Positions 15,433 to 29,154 of a stretch of 64,000 bases of DNA are shown here, in pieces. Source of the DNA: Eledone cirrhosa (taxonomy: Eukaryota). The position numbers and the translations under genes are program-made. Under the pieces are notes generated by a model. The model made no database searches. It was not told where the DNA came from and was given only the letters and a program-made list of their open reading frames with translations. The stretch is taken from positions 45,632,001 to 45,696,000 of the forward strand of contig OZ024749.1 of the NCBI GenBank assembly GCA_964016885.1, in the 5' to 3' direction. Each line of letters starts with the position of its first letter. Position 1 is the stretch's first letter.

Positions 15433-16036
15433 AAAAAACAACAATAAAAGGAACAACAACTTTAGTTAGGGGGTAATAAAACCACAAATATATTAAACAA
15501 CAGGATAAATTTAACAAACAACCTACCATACATATACCCAAGCCGACATGAGTGAAAATGATAATGATAAAAAATAATAAAAGTAATACTAATATAAGAG
15601 ATTAACCTGTTCACAATTATTATTTATATTTTCTTTCAGCGTTGGTTTCTTGTCCACTGATGCAAGAATCGGTGTTATTTTAATTATTATTCGCACACAC
15701 TTCCGCACATACACAATAGTAGACAGAACCAACTCCACCTCCATAACCGCAATCCCAATCACCATACTCTCGATCACTACCACTATTTTAAATAAAATAA
15801 ACGAGCACAAAGCACCACACCAGAGCCACCATTACCACTATAACCACCATCGTTATTGTATCTCTGATAAGGAGAACTCAGCTGTCGAAAATGACAATGA
15901 GAATCTTACCACAAACACTAATTTTAACCCCACCGCACCACCCTGCATATATATATATATATATATAAATGTGTAAAGTATGTCTGTAGAAAAGGTAACA
16001 GAAAGAAGAGTGGTCTATGTATTGTACAGAGCTATT

Positions 16037-16175
16037 TAATTACATAATAAGCAACACAATATCATTATTCCATTACCAAAGGTTTCAAGAGACTAGACAA
16101 TTCTTATAGAAACGTCTAGTTTCTTGAAACCTTTGGTAATGGAGAAAGTGTATTGTGTTGTTTGTTTTGTAATTA
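16037..16175. repeat. fold-back palindrome of hammerhead 3' halves (arms ~62 bp)
   Basis: 16037-16098 is the reverse complement of 16114-16175. Each arm reads outward TT-GAAA-CCTTTGG-TA-ATGGA and is homologous to the complete ribozyme at 16246-16305. Confidence 0.9.
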
Positions 16176-16245
16176 GACAAAATATACATACATACATACA
16201 TATATATATATATATAGTTATGTAATAAACAACATAAGGCAATTA

Positions 16246-16305
16246 TTCCATTTACCAGTGGTTTCTTAAAAGCAAAAAATTTTGCTTTCAATCATCAGAA
16301 TGAAA
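16246..16305 (-). ncRNA. minimal type I hammerhead ribozyme
   Basis: Minus strand reads TTTCATT CTGATGA TTGAAAGCAAA-attt-TTTGCTTTTAA GAAA CC-act-GG TA^AATGGAA. 7-bp stem I, 11-bp stem II, GUA cleavage triplet. Confidence 0.82.
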
Positions 16306-16454
16306 AAATCCTGGTGTATTTATTGATATATGGATTCTAAAAACAAAAATGCAATCTATATGAAAGTGAGGCTGGAGAAGGAAGAAGGAAAGGAAAAATA
16401 AAATAAAAACACACATGCAAACACACAAACACACACACACACAATTATATACAT

Positions 16455-16543
<89 letters not shown>

Positions 16544-16684
16544 CACACATACATACACACACACATATACACATATATATGTGTATATATATACACATAC
16601 ACATACATACATACACACATAAATATCAACATATCCATACATACACATACATATGAACAACCACACACATATATATACATATAT

Positions 16685-16729
<45 letters not shown>

Positions 16730-16771
16730 TACACATACACATACATAGCCATACACACATACATATACATT

Positions 16772-16834
16772 TAAGGCAATTATTCCATTTACCAGTGGTT
16801 TCTTAAAAGCAAAAGATGTTGCTTTCAATCATCA
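16772..16834 (-). repeat. truncated direct repeat of the 16235-16297 hammerhead unit
   Basis: Near-identical 63-bp copy that stops inside the CTGATGA core and lacks C3 and the stem I 5' strand. Confidence 0.9.
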
Positions 16835-17016
16835 TACTCTTTTTAACTGGACATCTCCGACGGAATTACTTCATTTATATATATATATATATGTGTGTGT
16901 GTGGGGGGGGGGTGTATGTGTGTGTGTGAGTAAAATAGAAACATAAATAACAACACAATCGGTACAGTATATGGAAGGGATATATAAGATTAACGCTTGG
17001 TATAGTAGTAAGAAGG

Positions 17017-17052
17017 TCTTAACGTTTCGGACGCTAGTCTTTCATCAGAAGA
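17017..17052 (-). ncRNA. degenerate minimal hammerhead ribozyme (GAAACGTT type)
   Basis: Minus strand reads TCTT CTGATGA A AGAC-tagc-GTCC GAAA CG TT^AAGA. Stem III is a loopless palindrome, the first stem II pair is mismatched (A-C) and stem I is only 4 bp. Confidence 0.55.
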
Positions 17053-17254
17053 AAGAATGAGAAATATGATAGATTGAGGGGACGGAATGGTTGGAATTTG
17101 CTTTCTCCGCCATTATGTTGTGATGGAGAGGCAGAGAGAGAAACAGGTTCACTTTTATAATATAGAATCTTATACTTTTCACATGATCAGCCTGACGGAG
17201 GAGAGTTCATTTATTATCTAAAATTGCTCTGATTGATCGACAAGAACTAATTAG

Positions 17255-17471
17255 CTTGTCGACGGGGGTGAACCTCATCAAATCGCATCAAGGATACAAT
17301 TTTTCATTGATCTTTCCAATGCTGATAATATCTACCGGTGGCAACTCCTGTCAGAAAGAGCCACGTGAAATAAAGTGTCTTGCTCAAGGACACAACTCAT
17401 CACCTGGTCCGAGAATTGAACTCGCAGCATCACGATTACGGATCTGACTCTCTAACCATTAAGCCACACGT
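17255..17471 (-). mobile_element. tRNA-derived SINE, family B (CORE-like)
   Basis: Minus strand has A box TGGCTTAATGGTT, B box GAGTTCAATTC and TGTGTCCTTGAGCAAGACACTT, which resembles the CORE domain. Homologous to 1681-1885. Confidence 0.8.
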
Positions 17472-18450
17472 TTTCACTAAATATCTACGATAAAGCACTC
17501 ACATTTGAAATTTAGTCAAACAAATTGTAAGAGTGTGCTATGCTTTAATGCAATATAGGAAGTCGCAAGGAAAGAATTCTTAAAATTATTCCTGTCAGCT
17601 ATTTTCTCCGAAGAATATAGTCTTATCATAATAAGACTATCTTCTTTCTTTCAAAATTTGTTTTAGTTCCAAGAACACCAATACCAAACCTATTATATTT
17701 GGAGGATTAGATAATAGTTGAAACATTAGACTCTAACAATAAAAAAAATAAAACTATACAATAAACAGCTGTATGGCTTTAAAATGGAGAAGAACTTTTG
17801 GAGATTAAATGTAATATATTCATATGCCCGCCTATCGGTTGAATAGCCAGATCATTTCTTTAGTTAAACCTTCTTCGGGCGTATAGTCATAAAAATATTT
17901 TTTGTTATACACATGGGAGTAGTTGATCGGTATTTCACGAATAAATTAATAGTTTGTTACTCTATTCAGAGATGATTCAGATCATGGGAAGAAAAAAATC
18001 ATAGGTTTAACTGCCAAAATGGTAATGGGAAAAAAATAAGTAGTAGCTTAAGTTTATTCTGTTTGACATTAATTCAATTGAAAGTTACTTTTAACGGAAA
18101 TAAGGATTTTCGGGATCTAGACATTTGTATATCAACCATTCTATATTTCCTAAATATATATATTACTTTATAGACATTTCTAGTTGTCTACTTCAACAAA
18201 TATGATGTATAATTCATTGGTTTCGATGATGAACATTAAGGTGTAACATCAACTGAATATCTGACTCTTTTTATTTCATGTGAAATTGGCGGATTATCCA
18301 TAAGGTAAATTCCAAGCAGATACTACAGGACAATAATGTACGTGAAGAAAGGGCGTTTGAATTTAAAACACATTTTTCGACAGGATAGGTCCAGATTCAG
18401 ACTAGGAATTTTCATTGAAAAGGATCTAAGATCTATATGAGATTATAGTA

Positions 18451-18638
18451 AATAATTGTTTCTACTTTAGGCACAAGGCCAGCAATTACCCAGTACATTA
18501 CTGGTACTTTATTTTATCGACCCCGTAAGGATGAAAGGCAAAGTTAACCTCAACGGAATTTGAACTCAGACTGTAAAGGAACCTAACTATGCTAGAAAGC
18601 ATGGCGTCCAACGCTCTACCGATACTGCCAATTCACCG
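18451..18638 (-). mobile_element. SINE family A, full length
   Basis: Reverse complement of the consensus. No clear TSD. Confidence 0.93.
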
Positions 18639-19436
18639 AGAACAAAATAGTAGTGAGATGGGTCAAAATAGTCATTTAAGTGTGCTAAATATATATCCCA
18701 CAGATGTAGATTGCTGAAAATCACTTCCCATTTATTAATTTACTGCACACTTACACTAGAGATTGGTGATGCAAAACACTTATTCATCTAGCATATACAC
18801 ACTAACTCACAGAGCTTCTTGTGTCTAAACTGCAAGACGAATCTACCTATACAATCTAGAAAAATGAAATACTCATAATTATAATTAAAACGAAAACATC
18901 AGTGTATGGGCTCATTACTGCAGCTTATGAGGTCTCAGATGAATTTATTGCAAGCAAAAGAAACTTCACCAGTGGTGAGGTCATGGATTCGGGCAGGTCT
19001 TATATTTTATGAATTTTTTTTTGTCGGTTGCGGACTGAATGTTCAATTTTATTTCAATTTTTTTTCGTCCTGAACATTTAGTGGGTCAGCTGTTGGTGTC
19101 AAAATGGTGTAAATGTATTCAGGCTGTGCCTGCTGGTTGAGAGTAGGGTCGGTTTGCACAAAATATATTCATGAGGCGTAGAGAGTTAAGGTCGTATTTT
19201 GGGGATAACTGTGGCCTCCTGTTCGAAATTGTCTGAGACAATCACACTGGAGTAATCTGGTTATTTTTTAAATATTATTTTCCTCTTACCATGAAGGACA
19301 AATTCATTCTGTTACCTTCGAGTAGAAAGGTAAGTATACGAAGCAGCATCGCCATCAAAGTGGGTTCGATTTAGGTTTGAAACCATCACCCTTCACTTAC
19401 GCAGTCAAATACTAATGAAAATCCCCACCCTATAAA

Positions 19437-19510
19437 TTCTTCTTCTTCTTCTTCTTCTTCTTCTTCTTCTTCTTCTTCTTCTTCTTCTTCTTCTTCTTCT
19501 CCCCCCCCCC
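19437..19510. repeat. (TTC)n plus C-run
   Basis: Directly visible. Confidence 0.97.
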
Positions 19511-19702
19511 TCTTCCTGCTGCTCCCCTCCAACTCCTCCTCGTTCTGCTCCTCCTCATTTTTCTTATCTGCCGTCGTCACCGTTTTCCTCGTCGTCATCA
19601 ATATGAAACCATCTTTCTTCGTATCCTTTCTTTGTTGTTGTATGTGTCCATCGTATGTCATAATCTCCTTACCATTCAACATTCTCCCATTTATTCGTCT
19701 TC

Positions 19703-19772
<70 letters not shown>

Positions 19773-19776
19773 CGCA

Positions 19777-19829
<53 letters not shown>

Positions 19830-20456
19830 GCATAAGTGTGTGAGAGTGTGTGCCTTTATGTGTGTGTGAATGAAGAAAGTATAACCAAATACACACGTAC
19901 ACATTGTTATACTTCCTTACGCACACATTCATGACTTGATATATTTATCTATATGTTGGTATGGTTAGTTCTTTTTATCATATTTTCCACATAGAAAAAA
20001 AATATATATCCGTCTTACTCTCTCTCTATAATTTCTTCCACATCCGGCAACACATATTGTCACACTAACATGCAGGCACTAACATTCACACATAAATACG
20101 CATACATTCACATACATTCACACACCATACTTCTCAATCAAAAAATACGTACATCACACATTCACACCCTACCTAATCATTCCACCTCTTACTTCCATAT
20201 CCATTTGCCATGCTCGATTTTAGTAAGACATCTATCATTACTGCCAGGTATTATCATGTATATTTTGCCTTTTGTGCATCTCTTCAAATAGATAACAACA
20301 CGATCTATCATTTTTCGCATGGATTACCAAACTAATACTTATAGCGTTTGTTTTCTTTCTGCCTCGGTTCGGGAACATTTTCTTTATTTTTTTACTGCTT
20401 TATACTACATTCACTGAGACATGTATGATATTAATATAAGATGAATATAAATAAGA

Positions 20457-20684
<228 letters not shown>

Positions 20685-20753
20685 GTGTGTATATATATGT
20701 GTGTGTGTGTGTGTTTGTGTATTAGTGTGAGTAAGTATACATATATATGTGTG

Positions 20754-20847
<94 letters not shown>

Positions 20848-21335
20848 TATATATATGCATATATTCATGCTTACAAGCATGCATACATGCATACATACAT
20901 TCGTTTTAAGTTACAAACAAGAATAAGAAAAAAATTTAAGAGCGAAATATAGTAAAATCATTTATTGTAACTCTGAGTTTAGTTGATCCTTGCTGGTACA
21001 CACGTGAGAGATAATAGTTAGAAAGAACTTGATAAAACCTGCTGTTTCTGCCTCTTATCGGCGGGAAAAACGTTAATGGATGAATCTAGAAGATATCAAA
21101 TTCGACGTTTTAACCAAAATGTCCTTTCGTCCTTAATACAAGTAGGTATCCATATTCGCCCAGTGTGTGATATTGACACCTCAAATTTTAGGAACTATCA
21201 GCCACAAGGACTTCAATGCAAGGCAGTTGACTATGCGTCACTCATTTCATCTAGTAACACATAACAATGTATATAATTCCTTTAAAAGAATTCCAGTAAG
21301 ATGCTAATATGATGTTAACATTATTACTGTCTACT

Positions 21336-21404
21336 ATAAAATAAAGTACCAGTAATACACTGAGATAATTGCTGGCCTTGTGCCAAAAGTAGAAACATAT
21401 TATT
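21336..21404 (+). mobile_element. SINE family A, severely 5'-truncated
   Basis: Last ~65 bp of the consensus. TSD ATTATTACTGTCTAC at 21320-21334 and 21399-21413. Confidence 0.9.
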
Positions 21405-21451
21405 ACTGTCTACAAAAGTCAGTTATTAATATAGTTAAGTGTTATTTGTGT

Positions 21452-21643
21452 ATTGGCAGCATTGGTAGAGCGTCAGACAACATGATTTACAGTATAGCCC
21501 TTTACAGCATGGCCCTTTACGTTCTGAGTTCAAATCCCACCGAGTTTAACTTTGCCTTTCATCCTTACGGGGTTGATAAAGTAAAGTACCAGTAATGCAC
21601 TGGAAAAATTGCTGGCATTTTGCCAAAAGTAGAAACAATTATT
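21452..21643 (+). mobile_element. SINE family A, near full length
   Basis: A and B boxes, central domain and tail present. Flanked by a diverged ~57-bp direct repeat. Confidence 0.92.
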
Positions 21644-22689
21644 ACCATATATAAAAGTCAGCTATTATTATAGTTAAGTATTATTTATATATTGAAATCA
21701 CTTGTCCGGTGTGTGATTTGTTTCAATAATGATTTGTTTTAATATTATATATATATATTAGTTATGGTTTTACATCGTGATATTTTTACCATGTATAGAT
21801 GTTCATAAATCGAGCATACAAGCCCTCTCTTCTTGGATATATTACATCACAGGATATATTATTTTCTTAATTTGAAAAAAAATATTTGACTGTAATTTCT
21901 AGCACGTCGGACTAATGTGCAGTGTCTTCTATTGCTGTTATTTGTGTTTACGTGTGTGTGTGTGAATGTGCATGTGAGAGAAGCTATTGTTAAATTTTGA
22001 CTGAAAATGACGCCATATAACTGTAATGCATTAAACATTGAGACGCTCTGATCTTCATGGTTAACTTGCATAACACTAACCATTTACCATTAACTATTTA
22101 CGTATACCGTTGGAGTACACTACCGGATGTCGTGCAATTTCGGATTACAAAGGTTTTAATCTAAATGCCTCCATGTTTAGATACAATTCGGACGCAGTCA
22201 TATTTGCACAAGGTTGTCAAATAAACGCTTTCAGAAGTTATTGAAATTCATAGAAGGTAAATATTATAGCTAAAAGCCAAAGTCACTGATTCAACTTGCA
22301 GCTTGCAACTGAGTTCACAAACATTACTGTTTTATCGAAACATTTACATTAAAGCTATAAAGAAGAAAAATAGAGTTCGCTTTTAAAAAGTTAAATATAA
22401 ATAGTGAAAAACATAGATTTTAAAATACATTAGATAGATGGCAAATAAAAAAAAAATGAAATTCAAAGAGGAAGGGTGGATTCAAACAAATTTATCGGTG
22501 AAAATTGAGAGTAATGAAAACAAGAATTTATAAGGTAAAAGTAAACACATTTTATTCAAATAAAAATTCGACAGAGAAAAAAATATAGAACAGAATAAAA
22601 TGAATAAAGCTTATAAATATTGTATGGGGAAAGTTGAGAAACAATGTTTTCCGAATCTATATTGTATATGCATACAAATACAAACAAAC

Positions 22690-22775
<86 letters not shown>

Positions 22776-22905
22776 TTATTTATTTATTTAACTACGTGTG
22801 TGTGAGTGTCGGTGAATTTGCGAGCGTGTTTGAGTGTGTGTGAGCGTGTGCACCTCCACACAGAGAGTCGCATATGAGCACACACACAAACACACACACA
22901 CTCAC

Positions 22906-22945
<40 letters not shown>

Positions 22946-23733
22946 ATTTATTATATTACACATATATATATATACATTGCTTAATGTTACTTGTCGATAT
23001 ATTTTTAGAAAGTGTAATTTAGAGTTAATATACTTAGATAACATACAATTGCTGTAATATTTGGGAAACATGCTTAGTTGACTAACATACCTTTCATGGC
23101 AGGTCTATATTCATGTCAATTGTAAGGATAAACAATGATTATTAAAATACCATGGCTTTATAGATTAGACCCTACGTAATTTACCTGTGCTACAATTAAA
23201 ACATCATCAATAGTTTTATAGTGTTTTTGCATCTATTGATGTGTAATTATGTATTATATTCCACTATTTTGTTTGAGAAAAGCCTTTTTATTTTATCACG
23301 AACAAGCATCAAAGGGGAAACAATAATTCATAGCGGGTGTAACCAAAATTAATATTACATAGAAATTTGTAATCAGTACTTCTATTCTTTTAGAAACGCT
23401 TAGCTCTCATATGCATATATTTCATAGTTATCCGCTAATTGTCTTTAGCTTTACACAACATAAATTTGACATTATCTGTATAACCTTCATGGCTTTGTAT
23501 GTGCGGTATATTTTCGTAATTATTAAATTCCTGTTATCTCGGGAAAAGTAACTTCAGTTGAAAAGGGTGTAGGTTCCGTATTAATTTGAAGTTAAGTATA
23601 TAAAAAAAAAATATTAACGCCTGCCTCTTTCATCTAATCGAGGTTCCTTTTGATGTTGTTGTTATATTTCATTCTTGGTTAACTATTTGCATATTATATA
23701 ATTTGTTCTGGGGTTCTGAGATCAAATCAACGT

Positions 23734-23939
23734 TCAGAATTCGTTTTCTACTTGTCTTCGTCCACATATTCCTGAGAGGGTCATGGCGGCAGAGTCCTCG
23801 AACACTCCTACCAACGAGTACTGTCTGAAGGAATACTCTCCAACTAATCCGGCTGGATCTACAAGCGGTACCAACCAAGCACATGTGTCTATCCCTGGCT
23901 CTCCTGGTTTCGCCAAGACAGTTATGAAAAGTTCAATTC
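23734..23939 (-). CDS. candidate terminal coding exon, product unknown
   Basis: GC-richer island. Acceptor cataactgtttgttctatcag, then a phase-1 open frame xIELFITVLAKPGEPGIDTCAWLVPLVDPAGLVGEYSFRQYSLVGVFEDSAAMTLSGICGRRQVENEF*. 28 of 67 codons start with G and there is an antisense shadow ORF. No family recognised. Confidence 0.55.
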
Positions 23940-24200
23940 CTGATAGAACAAACAGTTATGTACGAAGTACGTATATTATAAAGAAAATAGTTTCAAGTTA
24001 GTATAATCAAAATATTGGGAGGGCGTTAGTGGTATTCTGACAATATTACTCAGGAAAGTACTAAACAAGACAAACGAAAAAAATTCATTATTATTGTAAA
24101 TCTATAATTATATAATTCAATGGAAAATAAGGACAAAATCAAAGGCAGAAATCACCTACCATATAGATAATGATGAGGATATTAATATTAAATTAGTAAT

Positions 24201-24287
24201 AGTGGTGGCTGGGGTGGTGGTGGTGGTGGTGGTGGTAGTAGTAACAGTAGTAGTAGTATTAGTAGTAGTAGTAGCAGTAGTAGCAAC

Positions 24288-24322
<35 letters not shown>

Positions 24323-24343
24323 AAGTAGTAGTAGTAGTAGTAG
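24201..24343. repeat. (GTG)n/(GTA)n microsatellite
   Basis: Directly visible. Confidence 0.97.
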
Positions 24344-24439
24344 AATTGATGTGATTGATAATTACCAGTAATATGTTTAATCTCATGCTTATACGTTCCT
24401 ATATGTATGTCTGTGTATACATGCATGTATGTTTGTTTG

Positions 24440-24544
<105 letters not shown>

Positions 24545-24666
24545 ATGTATGTGTGTGTGTGTGTATGTGTATGTGTGCATCAGTACATAGGAGGACTGCG
24601 AATTGTGTTGTGGGTTATGACCCCATTAAGAACAGAAAACTATATCATAAACGCCAGTCTGTATAC

Positions 24667-24780
<114 letters not shown>

Positions 24781-24984
24781 CATATATATACACATATGTG
24801 TGTGTGTTATTATGTTTGTATGTGTGTATTGTATTTGAATGCAACTCTCATCCATGTACTACATTTTAAAGCAGAAAAAACTTATTCGTATATAACAAAT
24901 TAGGCGCCAAGTAAATAAAATATAATCTAAATGTACATTACTTTAGAGAAAAAATAATGCAGGTGTACCATTAAGCTTTTTGAC

Positions 24985-25060
<76 letters not shown>

Positions 25061-25131
25061 TACACACACACCCACGCACACACTCACACATACTCATAGA
25101 CACACACACACACACACACATGCACACACGT

Positions 25132-25200
<69 letters not shown>

Positions 25201-25313
25201 GATATATTATATTTAATTATCTTTTTTATTTGATATTTACGTTAATATTATAACTAATTCGCTGTAAAATCAAACGTAATTTATTTATATTATGGCGATT
25301 TCAAGAAGAGTAT

Positions 25314-25314
25314 T

Positions 25315-25346
<32 letters not shown>

Positions 25347-25436
25347 GATGATGATGACGATGATGATGATGATAATGATGATGATCATGAGGGGGATTTG
25401 AAGAAGATGATAATGATGATGATAATGATGATGATT

Positions 25437-25488
<52 letters not shown>

Positions 25489-25545
25489 CGTTGATGATGA
25501 TGATGGTGATGATGATGATCATAATAATGATAATGATGATGATGA
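25314..25545. repeat. (GAT)n microsatellite arrays
   Basis: Directly visible. Source of the poly-H and poly-I ORFs. Confidence 0.97.
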
Positions 25546-26107
25546 GGAGGAGGTAGTATGAGGTTTGCGAGAGTGGCATGGAGGATAAAACTGGGAATTG
25601 TGTTTATTTTACATATAAGTAGATGGGTAGCAAAACTATTAAAAGTGACTCTTAATGATATGACTTGGATTGTTGCTTTTCCATGTACGTTAACCACACG
25701 TACACACATAAAAACACGCATATATATATATATATTTATATATATATATATATATTTAGAGAGAGAGAGAGAGAGAGAGAGGAATGCCGCTCTTAATTTA
25801 GAACATCAAGGCTCCTTTGTAATGCCACACACACACACTCACACTAAATATGCATATGTGGGAGGGGGGACCGTGTGTATTTGTCCATGTGTGTGTAAAG
25901 TAACCCTGACATTCACGTCGATAAATTTTCACTTAATCGATATGAAAAATACACACCTGTAAGACTTAGAAGAAACCATTAGTAGGGAGGGTACCAACAA
26001 AAATGACTCTACTAACAACATTAGCATTACTATGTGAAAATAACACACATGCAACACATAGCTACAAAACACATTAAAAAGTGAAAAGAAAAATCTGGCA
26101 GCAAACA

Positions 26108-26230
<123 letters not shown>

Positions 26231-26712
26231 TCACATGTATATATATATATTATTATATATATATTATATATATATATATATGAAAATATATATATATATA
26301 TATATCATCAAAATACCAATGCATGTGACCATTAATAAAAACATTAGCCAATATTTTACGTACAAGAAAGCGGTAGATAAAGAGGCAGAGAGAACGAGAG
26401 AGAGAACGAGAGAGAGAACGAGAGAGAGAGAACGAGAGAGAGAGAACGAGAGAGAGAGAACGAGAGAGAGAAAGATATGTGGTGTTAGACAGAGAGATAA
26501 AGAGAGCGCTAAAGCAGAAACAAAGAAAGAAGAACTAATGGAAAACGAAGTATATGAAAGCTTGATATGCCGTATATATAAGTAAATAAAAACACATGTA
26601 CTCCCACTCACTCACATGCAAGCACTCACAATGATACACACACACACCCACACACATACACATACACACACGTACACCCCCCCATACACACACGCACACA
26701 CACACACACACC

Positions 26713-26743
<31 letters not shown>

Positions 26744-27274
26744 GTACACACCCACACACATACACATACACACACGTACACACCCACATATACACACGCA
26801 CACACACACACACCTACACACACACACACATACACATACACACACGTACACACAACTATTGTTGATGTTAATGTTATCGCTTCAGTCATTGTTATTTTAA
26901 TGTTCCATACCACTCTTTCGTCGTTAAATATCTATTATATCATTATTTATATATTTATCTTTTATATATAGATTAGAGTATTTTTTTTTTTCCATTTTTG
27001 ATATTTGTTGTGTTTATATATTTATTTGTGAGCTACGTTGTTTTTTTTTATTTATCTTTTGTTTCAATTTTGTTTAATTTTGTGATGTATTTAAATATAT
27101 TCTTTTAATGTTAACTATAGTAATGACATTATAGTAATTCTTCCGCTAACGCTCTCTTTCTCTCTCGTCATATAATATAGGAGGGAAGAGAAGTAAACAA
27201 ACATAGATGCATGTGTGCGTATAGTCATACACACACATATAAGTTTACATACACATACACACACACGCACACAC

Positions 27275-27366
<92 letters not shown>

Positions 27367-27462
27367 CATATATATATATACAGTGCGAGAGAGGTAACTT
27401 TATATATAAATATAAATATATAAATATATAAATATATAAATATATAAAGAGAGGGAGAGAGG

Positions 27463-27505
<43 letters not shown>

Positions 27506-27665
27506 AGAAAGAGAAAGCATGAGAAACAGAAAGAGAGAGAGAGAGGCAGAGAGATGGAGAAAGAGGAGATGTAAATCGTAAGCTTAATTTTCCTCATATG
27601 TCTCACTCAGTGCATACACACACACCACAAACACACCACACACACATACATATATATACATATAC

Positions 27666-27704
<39 letters not shown>

Positions 27705-28012
27705 TATATATATATGGGAGCTTCTGTATGTGTGTGTGTTCGTTTGTGCGTTTTCTCTTGGCATCGCTGTGTGTAAGGGTTTCTAATGATGCTATGTATA
27801 TTTAGGACTATTGTAAATACATGTTAAGTTTCAGCTTACACTGTATCGCGAAACTATTGAGAAAACATTCAAACATGTTTTTCTTTCTTTATAATTATAG
27901 TCACTGAAGCATTATCACTATGAGAGCTGCCATAACCATCATCATCCTCATAAACATTATCCTTTCCATCGTCATTACCAGCAAATGTTCATGATTCATC
28001 TCCCCTCATCTC

Positions 28013-28089
<77 letters not shown>

Positions 28090-28135
28090 ATATATATATA
28101 TATTTATATATATATATATTTATATATATATATAG

Positions 28136-28314
<179 letters not shown>

Positions 28315-28351
28315 CTGTTGGCTTCACGCTCACAATAATTTCTATACTTTA

Positions 28352-28412
<61 letters not shown>

Positions 28413-28430
28413 CATACATACATACATACA

Positions 28431-28492
<62 letters not shown>

Positions 28493-28504
28493 CATATATA
28501 TATA

Positions 28505-28598
<94 letters not shown>

Positions 28599-29084
28599 TA
28601 TATACATATATATATATATTGAGACAGATAGATGGTTAGATCTAGACAAACAGAGGTATAGATAAATAGATTGGTAGAAAGATGGTTGTATTGAAAGCTA
28701 GTTGGTTGTTTTCATGTTCCTCCACCTTAATAACAATCATAATAAACATCATCATAAATGACATTGTATTTGATATTCTCATCAAAGCTTCATCTAATTA
28801 AGGTACATAGCCGGAGGCATTTAACCCCGAACTCCCCACATGTCCCCAGCTAAATATTTGTTTAACCGAAATGGATTATTTCTTCATTGACAACACTAAT
28901 GGAATCTACATCAAACTTCATGTAAGCACTATCCTCGTCAGTACTAGCCTCACAGAACAAAGCAGAAATCTACACAGATTAATGCATAAGTATATCATAA
29001 ACACATACACACACACAAGCCTAACATATAAATATATATATAGATGCCTATATATATATATATGACCAGGCGTCTGCATTTGGG

Positions 29085-29154
<70 letters not shown>

